This document shows, in pieces, positions 8,255 to 17,184 of a DNA stretch of 64,000 bases. The stretch's first letter is position 1. Every line of letters begins with the position of its first letter. The position numbers and the translations under genes were made by a program. The notes under the pieces were generated by a model. That model made no database searches. It worked only from the letters and a program-made list of their open reading frames with translations, and was not told the DNA's origin. The stretch is from an uncultured Chloroflexia bacterium. Lineage in GTDB: Bacteria > Chloroflexota > Limnocylindria > Limnocylindrales > CSP1-4. The stretch is taken from assembly GCA_963840375.1 (NCBI GenBank), contig CAWIYR010000002.1, positions 1,024,613 to 1,088,612 on the forward strand, written 5' to 3'.

Positions 8255-9280
8255 ATGACCCTCATCGTCGACCGCCTCGTGAAGCGGTTCGGTACGGTCG
8301 TCGCGCTCGACGGCATGGACTTCCGGGTCGAGCCCGGCCAGATCTTCGGCTTCCTCGGCGCGAACGGCGCTGGCAAGACGACGACGATCCGGATCGTCCT
8401 GGGGCTCCTTCGGCCCGATTCCGGCTCGACGAGCTGGCGCGGCACGCCGACCTCGGAGCTGCCCCGGCGGACGTGGGGCTACCTCCCCGAGGAGCGCGGT
8501 CTGTACCCCCGGATGCGGGTCCTCGACCAGCTCGTCTTCTTCGCCGGGCTCCACGGGGTCGAGGCGTCGGCCGCCCGGCGGACGGTCCTCGAGTGGCTCG
8601 AGCGACTGCGGATCTCCGACGCGGCGGACCGCCGGACCGACGAGCTGAGCAAGGGCAACCAGCAGAAGATCCAGTTCATCGCGGCCATCGTCCACGATCC
8701 CCAGGTCCTGATCATGGACGAGCCGTTCAGTGGGCTCGACCCGGTCAACAGCTCGCTCCTCCGGGCCGCCTTCCACGAGATGCGCGATCGGGGCAAGACG
8801 CTCATCTTCTCGACCCACCAGATGGAGACGGTCGAGGCGCTGTGCGAGACGCTGGTGATCGTGGACCGCGGCCGGGTCGTGGCCGGCGGGACGCTCCGCG
8901 AGGTCAAGCGGGCCTCGGGTCGCCAGGTCGTCCGGTTGGCCGTCGATGGCGACGGCCGGGCCGACGACCGGCTGGACTGGCTGGATGGCTTCCCCGGGGT
9001 CAGGGTGACCCGGCCGGGAGCCGAGTACGTGGAGCTGACCGTTCCGCGCGAGCTCGACCCGGAGCTCATCCTTCGGGCGGCGATGGACCGCGGCGACCGG
9101 GTGACCCGGTTCGAGATCGCCGATCCGTCCCTCGAGGAGATCTTCATCGAGCGGGTCGGCATCCGGCCCGGCGACGAGATCGACCTGGCGACGCCGGCGC
9201 TGTCCGAGGCCGAGGCCGCAGCCGGCGGCGACGGTCCCGGCGCCACCCTCGCCGGGGCCCCGTCGGAGGGGGGTCGATGA
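8255..9280 (+). CDS. ABC transporter ATP-binding protein (ABC-2/NatA-like)
   Basis: Walker A FLGANGAGKTTT, signature LSKGNQQK, Walker B LIMDEP. Confidence 0.9.
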   Translation: MTLIVDRLVKRFGTVVALDGMDFRVEPGQIFGFLGANGAGKTTTIRIVLGLLRPDSGSTSWRGTPTSELPRRTWGYLPEERGLYPRMRVLDQLVFFAGLHGVEASAARRTVLEWLERLRISDAADRRTDELSKGNQQKIQFIAAIVHDPQVLIMDEPFSGLDPVNSSLLRAAFHEMRDRGKTLIFSTHQMETVEALCETLVIVDRGRVVAGGTLREVKRASGRQVVRLAVDGDGRADDRLDWLDGFPGVRVTRPGAEYVELTVPRELDPELILRAAMDRGDRVTRFEIADPSLEEIFIERVGIRPGDEIDLATPALSEAEAAAGGDGPGATLAGAPSEGGR

Positions 9281-10587
9281 GCGGCGACCGTCGCAACGCG
9301 ATCCTCATCGCCCGGCGGGAGTACATCGACCGGGTCCGGACCCGGTCCTTCGTGGTCGCCTCGGCGATCCTCGCCGTGATCGCCATCGGGATCTCCCTGG
9401 CCCCGCTCGGGATGCGCTACTTCGACCGTGGGACCAGCGTGAAGATCGGGATCGTCTCGAGCGAGGTCGCCGTCGTCGAGACGACGATCAGCACGCTCGA
9501 CGCGATCCTTGACGCGACGCCGTCCGGGGCGGACCCGGCTACCGTCCAGAAGCGCTACCAGTTCGACCGCCCCGTCGACCTCGAGAGCGGCCTGGCCGAG
9601 CTGAACCGGGGCGCGATCAACGCCCTCCTGATCGCCGAGCGACTGCCCGATGGGGGCCTCGCGTTCACCCTCCATACGCCCCAGTCGTCGACGAGCCCCT
9701 TGAGCCAGCTGCTCCAGTTCGGCTCCTTCGGGGTGGGGGTCCTCGACTGGTCCACCCGGGTGGACCAGAGCACGGGCCCGAAGTTCGTCCTGCCCTCCTA
9801 CGAGGTGGTGAGCAGCTCGGATGCTGCCGGCCCCCAGGTCGACCAGGTGGCGATCGCCAGTCGGACCGTCCTCGCCACGATCCTCATCGTGCTCATCTTC
9901 GTGACCCTCACGATCTACGGGATGTGGGTCGCGACGAGCGTTGCGGCCGAGAAGAGCACCCGGGTCATGGAGCTCCTCATCAGCGCGGCCACGGCCCGCC
10001 AGCTCCTCGTGGGCAAGGTCTTCGGTGTCGGGGGGGCCGGGCTCACCCAGTACCTGGCGATCGTCATCCCGGCGATCGTCGTCATCGTCCTCCAGGACCG
10101 CCTGGCCACCGCGGTCCTCGGCCCGGTCGGCCCCGGGAGCGGGCCGCCCCTCGTCGGGCTGAGTCTGCCGATCCTCGTCGCCTACGGGACGTACTTCCTG
10201 CTCGGGTTCGTCCTCTACGCCCTGATCTACGCCGCCGCCGGATCGTTCGTCAGTCGCCAGGAGGACGTCCAGCAGCTGGCCCTGCCGCTCAGCCTCCTGT
10301 CGATGGCCAGCTACGTCGCGGCGATCGCCGCACTCGGCAGCATCGGGTCGAGCTGGGTGGTCGTCCTGTCGTTCGTGCCCTTCTCCAGCCCGTTCGTCAT
10401 GCTCGCCCGGATCATGCTCGGGCGGGTCGCCCCGTGGGAGATCGCCCTGTCGGTCGCCATCCTCGTCGCGACCAGCCTCGTGGTCCTGTCGATCGCGACC
10501 CGGGTCTACGCCAGCGGGGTCATCCTGTACGGACAGCGCCCCAGCCTCCGGGACTTCCTGCGGGCGGCTCGGGTCGCCTCGCGCTGA
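9277..10587 (+). CDS. ABC-2 type transporter permease (NatB-like)
   Basis: Real part of ORF 7735..10587, from MSGDRRNAILIARREY. ATGA overlap with the ATPase stop. One N-terminal TM helix, a large loop, then a C-terminal cluster of TM helices. Confidence 0.8.
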   Translation: MSGDRRNAILIARREYIDRVRTRSFVVASAILAVIAIGISLAPLGMRYFDRGTSVKIGIVSSEVAVVETTISTLDAILDATPSGADPATVQKRYQFDRPVDLESGLAELNRGAINALLIAERLPDGGLAFTLHTPQSSTSPLSQLLQFGSFGVGVLDWSTRVDQSTGPKFVLPSYEVVSSSDAAGPQVDQVAIASRTVLATILIVLIFVTLTIYGMWVATSVAAEKSTRVMELLISAATARQLLVGKVFGVGGAGLTQYLAIVIPAIVVIVLQDRLATAVLGPVGPGSGPPLVGLSLPILVAYGTYFLLGFVLYALIYAAAGSFVSRQEDVQQLALPLSLLSMASYVAAIAALGSIGSSWVVVLSFVPFSSPFVMLARIMLGRVAPWEIALSVAILVATSLVVLSIATRVYASGVILYGQRPSLRDFLRAARVASR

Positions 10588-10601
10588 TCGTCCCGGGTCG
10601 C

Positions 10602-11384
10602 TCAGTCGATCTCGAGCGGCAGACGCTGGATCAGGGCGAGGATCGGCGCGGTGGGCGCGGTCGCCGGGGCGCCCTCCGGGACCTCGACCGGCTCGTCACC
10701 GGGCGCGCCGCGATCGAGCCCTGGTCCGGCATCGACGGCGGTCGCGACGAGGCGCCAGAGCCGGCTCCGGACCCCGGGCAGATACGGGCTCCGGCGGTGA
10801 CGAGCGATCGTGGCCGGGATGCCCTGGATACCGGCCGCCGAGTGGAGGGCCCGACCCTCACCCGGGATCGCCGGCACGACGAGGAGCGGGCCACCGGGCT
10901 CGACGATCCGCCGGAGGGTCTCTCTGCGCCGCTCGAGGGGCTCCCCGAGGAGTGGCCGTCCGTCGATCCCGACGAGGTCGAAGGCGAGGTAGACCACCGG
11001 GCCACCGGCGCGACCCGCGAGCCGCTCGGTGAGGGTCCGGGGATCGGGTCGACCGGCCCCGTCCACCGCGACCAGGCAGCCGTCCAGGACCGCCGAGCGA
11101 CCGCCCAGCCGCCCGATGAGCCCGCCCGCGCCGGTGAGCTCCGGGAGGGCGGTCGAGACGTCCTCGCCACGGCGGATGGGGATCCGCACGGTGCCCGCGC
11201 CCGTGGCGTCGTCGAGCTCGACCATCGCGAACGCCCGCTCGCCGCCCCACCACGGCTCGAAGAGGTAGTCGCTGTCGTCGAACGGCTCGGCGAACGTCCG
11301 CGGGAGCATCGGCCGGAGGTCGGCGGGCAGCCCGGGGCGTTCGGCGTCGAGGTCCAGGCTGAGCTGGTCCGTCCGGTCGCTCAT
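10602..11384 (-). CDS. ATP-dependent DNA ligase (LigD/LigC adenylation-domain)-like protein with degenerate catalytic motifs
   Basis: PMLP..AEPFDDSDYLFEPWWGGERAF, VLDGCLVAV and VVYLAFDLVGIDGRPL align by eye to ligase motifs I, III and IV. Motif I KxDG reads WWGG. Trimmed to MSDRTDQ (ATG 11384). Confidence 0.65.
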   Translation of the reverse strand: MSDRTDQLSLDLDAERPGLPADLRPMLPRTFAEPFDDSDYLFEPWWGGERAFAMVELDDATGAGTVRIPIRRGEDVSTALPELTGAGGLIGRLGGRSAVLDGCLVAVDGAGRPDPRTLTERLAGRAGGPVVYLAFDLVGIDGRPLLGEPLERRRETLRRIVEPGGPLLVVPAIPGEGRALHSAAGIQGIPATIARHRRSPYLPGVRSRLWRLVATAVDAGPGLDRGAPGDEPVEVPEGAPATAPTAPILALIQRLPLEID

Positions 11385-11403
11385 CTCGCTCGATGGTAGT
11401 CGG

Positions 11404-11409
11404 TAGACT
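11404..11409 (+). promoter_or_regulatory. -10-like hexamer TAGACT placed 6 nt before ATG 11416 (leaderless-type arrangement)
   Basis: Lies in a 31-nt divergent intergenic spacer with no SD. The opposite strand carries TACCAT (11398..11393) 8 nt before ATG 11384. Confidence 0.4.
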
Positions 11410-11415
11410 GGGCTG

Positions 11416-13605
11416 ATGACCGATCCCACGACACCCCGCGCGCCGCATCCGGACGACCTCTACGCCTTCGCCATCGCGACCGACCCTCGTCTCTCGCCGG
11501 CCGGCGACCTCGTCGTCTTCACGCTTCAGACGGTGGCGCCCGCCAGGGACGGCTATCGCCGGGCACTGTGGGCCGTCCCGGCCGACGGGTCGAACCCCGC
11601 CCGCCGCCTGACGATCGGGGCCCGGCACGATCGCGCCGCCCGGTTCTCGCCCGATGGTCGGACCCTGGCCTTCCTGTCCGATCGCCGGCTCGTCGCCGAG
11701 GAGCTTCCCGGGGCGCCCGACGACCGCGAGGACGGCGTGCAGGTCCACCTCCTCCCGCTCGACGGGCCCGGCGAGGCCCGCCGGCTGACCGACCTCCCGC
11801 GCGGAGCCGACGGGATCGCCTGGTCGCCCGACGGCCGCCGGCTGGCCGTGCTCAGCGCCTCGCTCGGGGCCACCCGGGCCGACGACGCCCGGCGCCGGGG
11901 CCGGTCGTCGACGCCACCCGCTCCCGGATCGCCGCCGCCCTCCGACTACCACTACCTCGATCGGCTGCGCTCGATGCTCAACGGCGCCGGCTTCGTCTAC
12001 CCCCTCGTCCGGCAGCTCTGGATGGTGGACGCGGAGACGGGCGAGGCACGTCGCCTGACCGACCTGCCGGCCTCGGCCGAGGCGCCGGCCTGGTCCCCGG
12101 ACGGGTCGCGGATCGCCTTCGTGGCCGACCTGGACCGGGATCGGGACCTCCGCTGGCGGAGCGACGTCCACGTGCTGGACGTCGAGACCGGGGCCCTGAC
12201 CCGGATCACCGGGGGCGGCGTCTTCGGGGCCCCGGTCTGGCTGCCCGATGGCGACCGGCTGGTGGTCCTCGGCAATCGCCTCCCCGCCCGAGGGGGCAGC
12301 CGCAACGACATCTGGTCGTTCGCGGCCGACGGCTCGGAGAACGGGCGCGACGGCGGACGGAACCTCTCCGCCCCGCACGATCTCATGCCCGGCTCCGCGA
12401 TGAGCAGCGACCTCACGATCGGCGAGGAAGCCCGACTGGCGATCACCGCGGACGGCACGGCGGTCCTCTTCAGCGCGCCGATCGAGGGCACGTACGAGCT
12501 CTGGCGGCTCGGCCTCGCCGACGGCTCGCTCGAACGCCTGACCGACGGCCGCCACTACCTGTCGGGATGGCACTCGGTGGCGATCCCGGCCGGTGAACGG
12601 TCGCGAGCGAGCGGGGGCGACCGGATCGCGGTCCTGCGGTCCTCGCCGACGGAGCTGCCGGACGTCCACGTCCTCGACGTCGGGACGAGCCGCGGCCGCG
12701 GCCGCGGTCCGCTCCGCCGGGTCACCGACCTGAACCGCGAGGCGCTTGCCGGGATCGCCCTCGCCGAGCCTGAGACCCGCTGGTCCACGGTCGACGGCCG
12801 GCGGGTCCAGGGCTGGCACGTCCCCGCGGCGTCGCCCGACGAGCCGGGTCGGCCGGCTCGTCGTCCGGCCCCGCTCGTCCTCGAGATCCACGGCGGCCCG
12901 CACACCCTCTACGGCTGGTCGCCGTCCTGGGAGTTCCAGTGCCTGGCCGCTGCGGGGATCGGCGTGTGGTACGCCAACCCGCGCGGTTCGGAGGGCTACG
13001 GGCAGGCGTTCAACGCCGGGAACTTCCGGGACTGGGGGCACGGGCCCACCCGGGACGTGCTGGCCGGGCTGGAGGCGCTCGTCGCGGACGGGATCGCCGA
13101 TCCGGACCGGCTCGGGGTGACCGGCGGCTCGTACGGTGGGTACCTGACGAGCTGGATCGTCGGTCACGACGGCCGCTTCCGGGCGGCCGTCAGCTGTCGC
13201 TCGGTCAACGACCTCACGAGCCAGATGATGACGGGCGACATCGCCGGTCCCGAGTTCGGGCGACTCGAGTTGGGCGCCGCGCCGTGGGAGGACCCGGATC
13301 TCTACCGGGAGCTCTCGCCGATCACCCACGCCCGGGCGATCCGGACGCCGCTCCTCATCCAGCACGCCGAGAACGACCTGCGGACCCCGATCGGCCAGGG
13401 CGAGGAGCTGTTCACGATCCTGCGCTCGCTCCGCCGACCGGTCCGGATGATGCGGGTCCCGGGCGAGACGCACGAGCTGACCCGGTCCGGGACGCCGTAT
13501 CGACGGGTGGAGAACCTGGTCCAGATCGGCGCCTGGTTCCACCACTTCCTGGTGGACGGGAAGCGTCGCCTGCCGCCCAGGCCCCGGGAGCGCGCGGGGA
13601 AGTAG
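11416..13605 (+). CDS. S9-family serine peptidase (prolyl oligopeptidase/acylaminoacyl-peptidase type) with N-terminal beta-propeller
   Basis: Repeated W-SPDG propeller motifs. Nucleophile elbow GVTGGSYGGYLTSWIV. Acid and His regions HAENDLRTP and GETHEL. Confidence 0.85.
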   Translation: MTDPTTPRAPHPDDLYAFAIATDPRLSPAGDLVVFTLQTVAPARDGYRRALWAVPADGSNPARRLTIGARHDRAARFSPDGRTLAFLSDRRLVAEELPGAPDDREDGVQVHLLPLDGPGEARRLTDLPRGADGIAWSPDGRRLAVLSASLGATRADDARRRGRSSTPPAPGSPPPSDYHYLDRLRSMLNGAGFVYPLVRQLWMVDAETGEARRLTDLPASAEAPAWSPDGSRIAFVADLDRDRDLRWRSDVHVLDVETGALTRITGGGVFGAPVWLPDGDRLVVLGNRLPARGGSRNDIWSFAADGSENGRDGGRNLSAPHDLMPGSAMSSDLTIGEEARLAITADGTAVLFSAPIEGTYELWRLGLADGSLERLTDGRHYLSGWHSVAIPAGERSRASGGDRIAVLRSSPTELPDVHVLDVGTSRGRGRGPLRRVTDLNREALAGIALAEPETRWSTVDGRRVQGWHVPAASPDEPGRPARRPAPLVLEIHGGPHTLYGWSPSWEFQCLAAAGIGVWYANPRGSEGYGQAFNAGNFRDWGHGPTRDVLAGLEALVADGIADPDRLGVTGGSYGGYLTSWIVGHDGRFRAAVSCRSVNDLTSQMMTGDIAGPEFGRLELGAAPWEDPDLYRELSPITHARAIRTPLLIQHAENDLRTPIGQGEELFTILRSLRRPVRMMRVPGETHELTRSGTPYRRVENLVQIGAWFHHFLVDGKRRLPPRPRERAGK

Positions 13606-13683
13606 GGTCGCTCGGCGGCCGCTCCCCGGGCGGCCCCGGGCCGCGGTGTATCCTGACGGCCCGATGACCTTCTCCACGTCGCC

Positions 13684-14664
13684 ATGACCACCATCCAGCA
13701 CCGGGACTCGCTCGCCCGGGAGCATGCGAACGAGCTCATCCGGGCCGTCGACGGGAGGGCGGGCTCGCTCGGGAGCCTCCTCGGCCGGGTGCCGCCGGTC
13801 GACCGAGTCGGGGTGGACGAGCGGGTCGCCGCGCTCCAGAAGCGCTCGATCAAGAAGGCCTCAAAGCTCTGGGCCCTCGACATGACGATCCGGATGATCG
13901 ACCTGACCACCCTCGAGGGGAAGGACACCCCGGGCAAGATCCGGGCCCTGTGCGTCAAGGCGATCCACCCTCAGCCCGGCGATCCCACGATCCCCCACGT
14001 GGCGGCGATCTGCGTCTATCCGGCGCTCGTGGCCGAGGCCCGCGAGGCCCTCGGGACGTCTGGGGTCCGGGTGGCCAGCGTCGCGACCGGCTTCCCGAGC
14101 GGCCAGACCTTCCTCGACGTCAAGCTGGCCGAGACCCGCCAGGCGGTGGAGGCCGGGGCCGACGAGGTCGACATGGTCATCGATCGGGGCGCCTTCCTGT
14201 CGGGCGACTACTACACGGTCTTCGAGGAGATCGTGGCCGTGAAGGAGGCCAGCGGGCCGGCCCATCTCAAGGTCATCCTCGAGACCGGTGAGCTCGAGAC
14301 CTATGACAACGTCCGCCGGGCGAGCGTCCTGGCCATGGCCGCCGGGGCCGACTTCATCAAGACCTCGACCGGCAAGGTGAGCCCGGCGGCGACCCTCCCG
14401 GTCACCCTGGTCATGCTCGAGGCGATCCGCGAGTTCGAGCGGGCGACCGGTCGGATCGTGGGGATGAAGCCGGCCGGCGGGATCCGGACCGCCAAGGAGG
14501 CGATCCAGTACCTGGTCGTCCTGTACGAGACGCTCGGGCCGCGCTGGATGACCCCGGAGCGCTTCCGGTTCGGCGCGTCGTCGCTCCTCAACGACGTCCT
14601 CATGCAGATCGAGAAGGAGCGGACCGGCCGCTACCAGGGCCCGGACCATTTCACCCTCGACTGA
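13684..14664 (+). CDS. deoC: Deoxyribose-phosphate aldolase (long form)
   Basis: IDLTTLEG, AICVYPALV, EVDMVIDRG, and the Schiff-base lysine context ADFIKTSTGK. Confidence 0.85.
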   Translation: MTTIQHRDSLAREHANELIRAVDGRAGSLGSLLGRVPPVDRVGVDERVAALQKRSIKKASKLWALDMTIRMIDLTTLEGKDTPGKIRALCVKAIHPQPGDPTIPHVAAICVYPALVAEAREALGTSGVRVASVATGFPSGQTFLDVKLAETRQAVEAGADEVDMVIDRGAFLSGDYYTVFEEIVAVKEASGPAHLKVILETGELETYDNVRRASVLAMAAGADFIKTSTGKVSPAATLPVTLVMLEAIREFERATGRIVGMKPAGGIRTAKEAIQYLVVLYETLGPRWMTPERFRFGASSLLNDVLMQIEKERTGRYQGPDHFTLD

Positions 14665-14677
14665 TCGCCGAAGATCG

Positions 14678-15794
14678 GTGACTTCCGCCGGCCGGACCAT
14701 CCCGCTCATCCGGGTGGCCGGCTCGCACCGCGAGGTCGGCCGGGCGGTCGGCGCCGCGACCGCGCCGGTCCTCCGCGAGGCCGTCGACTTCGACGCCGCG
14801 CTCCCGGCGGGGCGGAGCCGGGCGGATCAGCTGGCGCTCGCCGAGCGATACCGCGCCGCGACGCTGGCGGCAACGCCCTGGCTCGTCGACGAGATCGACG
14901 GCGCGGCCGAGGGCGCCGGGGTCGACCCGCTCGCCCTGTTCGCCGCCTCGATCGAGGAGATCTGGACCGTCCGGCCGTCGCAGGTGGGCATAGGCGGGAT
15001 GGCCCGGATGCGCCCCGTCGACGGTCGCTGCTCGGACCTGGTCGCGGTCCCGCCGGCCACCGCCGACGGTCACGCCTGGGTCGCCCACAACAACGACCTC
15101 TCGGCGTCGAGCGAGGCCAACATCGTGGCCGTCGAATGGCGAGTGCCCGGCGAGCCCGTGGTCTTCAGCCTCGGGATCGGGCCGTGGATCAGCGTCGGCT
15201 GGAACGACGCCGGACTGTCGCTGACGGGCAACGAGCTCGCCCCGAACGACGAGCGGGTCGGCGTGCCCCGGCTCCTGATGGTCCGCGAGCAGCTGACCGC
15301 GCGGAGCGTGGACGAGGCGGTGACGATGGCCCTCCGACCCGACCGGGCCTCCTCGTACAACACCGTCTTCGTCGACCGGGCCGGCCGGGTCGCCGACGTC
15401 GAGGGTTCGGCGACCGACGCCGAGGTGGTCGGCGCCTCGGATCGCGGGACGCTCGCCCACACGAACCACTACGTCTGCGGACGGATGCTGGGCTACGAGG
15501 GCGACCCGAGCCTACGCGGTCCTCTCGGACGTGCGCTACCGACGCGCCATGACCCTGCTCGACACGGCGACCGCGGGCCCGGCCGGCGCGGGCACCATCA
15601 CGCCGGAGGCGCTCCGGGCGATGCTGGCCGACCACGCCACCGATCCGTCGCTCTGCCGGCACGTGCGCCCTGGCGGCGACGAGGCCGACTCGGTGACCGT
15701 CTTCTGGTCGGTCACGGACGTCACCGCCGGGCAGATCAGCTACGGCCTCGGCCGCCCCTGCGAGCCGGGCGAGGAGCACTACACCTTCGCCTGA
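14678..15794 (+). pseudogene. C45-family peptidase / acyl-CoA:6-APA acyltransferase-like, with one +1 frame break near 15510
   Basis: Family-like N-part with autoprocessing-type DGRCSDLVAV and HNND. After ..GYEGDPS the family-like C-terminus YAVLSDVRYRRAMTLLD..HYTFA continues in the frame of ORF 15531..15794. Confidence 0.7.
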
Positions 15795-16339
15795 GGGCTC
15801 GGCTGGGCGAGCGGTCGGATCCGACCTGCGTAGACCCGGAGACGCTTGCCCGCCCGTTCGGTCTCCTTCTCGAGGGTGAAGCCGATCTTCTCGGCGACCC
15901 GTTGAGACGGCATGTTGCCCGGATCGATGAGGGCGATGAGACGGTCGAGACCGAGCACGTCTCGGGCGTGGTCGCGGGCCGCCGAGGCCGCCTCGGTCGC
16001 GTAGCCGCGACCTTGGAGCGAGCGGCGGACGTGGTACCCGACCTCGATCTCCAGGATGCCGTCCACGTCCTGGGGCGTGAGCCCGCAGTCGCCCACGGAT
16101 CCGCCCGTCCCGCGCAGCTCGACGATCCACAGCCCGAACCCACGCTCGCGATAGAGACGCTGGTTCCAGGCGATCCAGTCGAGCGCCTCGGCGCGACTCT
16201 TCGGACGCGGGTAGTAGGCCATGACCTCCGGGTCGCCGAGGAGGTCGGCCATCATGTCGAGGTCGTCCGGGGTCATCTCGCGGAAGACGAGGCGCTCGGT
16301 CGGGTCGGGTGGCGGCATCGGGGGATCGTAGCCTGCCAC
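15779..16339 (-). CDS. GNAT-family N-acetyltransferase (RimJ/RimL-like)
   Basis: FGLWIVEL, and GYHVRRSLQGRGYATEAA (acetyl-CoA binding Q/RxxGxG/A). Alternative start at ATG 16318. The 3' end overlaps the convergent C45 gene by 16 nt. Confidence 0.8.
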   Translation of the reverse strand: MAGYDPPMPPPDPTERLVFREMTPDDLDMMADLLGDPEVMAYYPRPKSRAEALDWIAWNQRLYRERGFGLWIVELRGTGGSVGDCGLTPQDVDGILEIEVGYHVRRSLQGRGYATEAASAARDHARDVLGLDRLIALIDPGNMPSQRVAEKIGFTLEKETERAGKRLRVYAGRIRPLAQPSPQAKV

Positions 16340-16362
16340 CGGGCAGGATCCTGCCCGGGAAC

Positions 16363-17184
16363 TCAGCGACCGGCGAGCCGCGCCGCCCGGTACCAGGGGA
16401 TCGTCAGCCGCTCCACCAGGCCGACGAGCGCCCAGAGGGCCAGGGTGAGGAGGGCGGTCAGCAGGATCGCGGCGAAGACGAGGTCGGTCCGGAACAGGTT
16501 CTTCGAGAGGACGATCCAGATGCCGAGGCCGTCGACGGCCCCGACCGCCTCGCCGAAGATCGCCCCCACCACGGCGTAGGTCACCGCGATCCGGAGCCCG
16601 GTGAAGAGGGCCGGGAGCGCGCCCGGCAGACGCAGCTTGAGGAGCTGCTGGCGACGGCTCGCCCCGAACGAGGCGAGCAGCTCGGTCGCCTCCCGGCTCG
16701 CGCCGGCCAGCCCGTCGAGGAGGGCGACCGTGACCGGGAAGAAGGTCACCAGGACGACCACCAGGACCTTGGGCAGGAGGCCGATCCCGAACCAGAGCAG
16801 GAAGAGCGGAGCGATCGCCACGATCGGGATCGTCTGGGAGGTCACGAGGAGGGGATAGACGGCGCGGCGGATCCAGCCGACCTGGTCCATGAGCAGCGCG
16901 ACCGCGACCGCGAACGCGACCGAGACGGAGAACCCGACGACCGTCTCACCGAGCGTGGTGAGCGTATGGCCGGCGGCCGCGTCGCGCGCGTCCCAGAGGG
17001 CCCCGAGGATCCGCGACGGTGTCGGCAGGACGAGCGGATCCAGGGCGAGCCATCGGCCGCCGAGCTCCCAGGCGATCACGATGACCCCGAGAAGCGCCAG
17101 GGCCGGTCCGGCGCGGCGGAGGGAGGCCACGCCGGCGCTCGACACGCCGCCGGTCCCCGATCGATCCTCGGCCCCGTCGGTCAC
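16363..17184 (-). CDS. ABC transporter permease (NitT/TauT family, ThiX-like)
   Basis: Real part of ORF 16363..17634, from GTG 17184 (GTGA overlap with the SBP stop). Six TM helices and an EAA-like loop ASFGASRRQQLLKLRLPGALP. Confidence 0.8.
   Translation of the reverse strand: MTDGAEDRSGTGGVSSAGVASLRRAGPALALLGVIVIAWELGGRWLALDPLVLPTPSRILGALWDARDAAAGHTLTTLGETVVGFSVSVAFAVAVALLMDQVGWIRRAVYPLLVTSQTIPIVAIAPLFLLWFGIGLLPKVLVVVLVTFFPVTVALLDGLAGASREATELLASFGASRRQQLLKLRLPGALPALFTGLRIAVTYAVVGAIFGEAVGAVDGLGIWIVLSKNLFRTDLVFAAILLTALLTLALWALVGLVERLTIPWYRAARLAGR

Noticed and set aside
10858-13725. 955-aa ORF on the minus strand
   Set aside because: It is antisense to the S9 peptidase. No motifs, and an Arg/Pro/Gly-rich composition.
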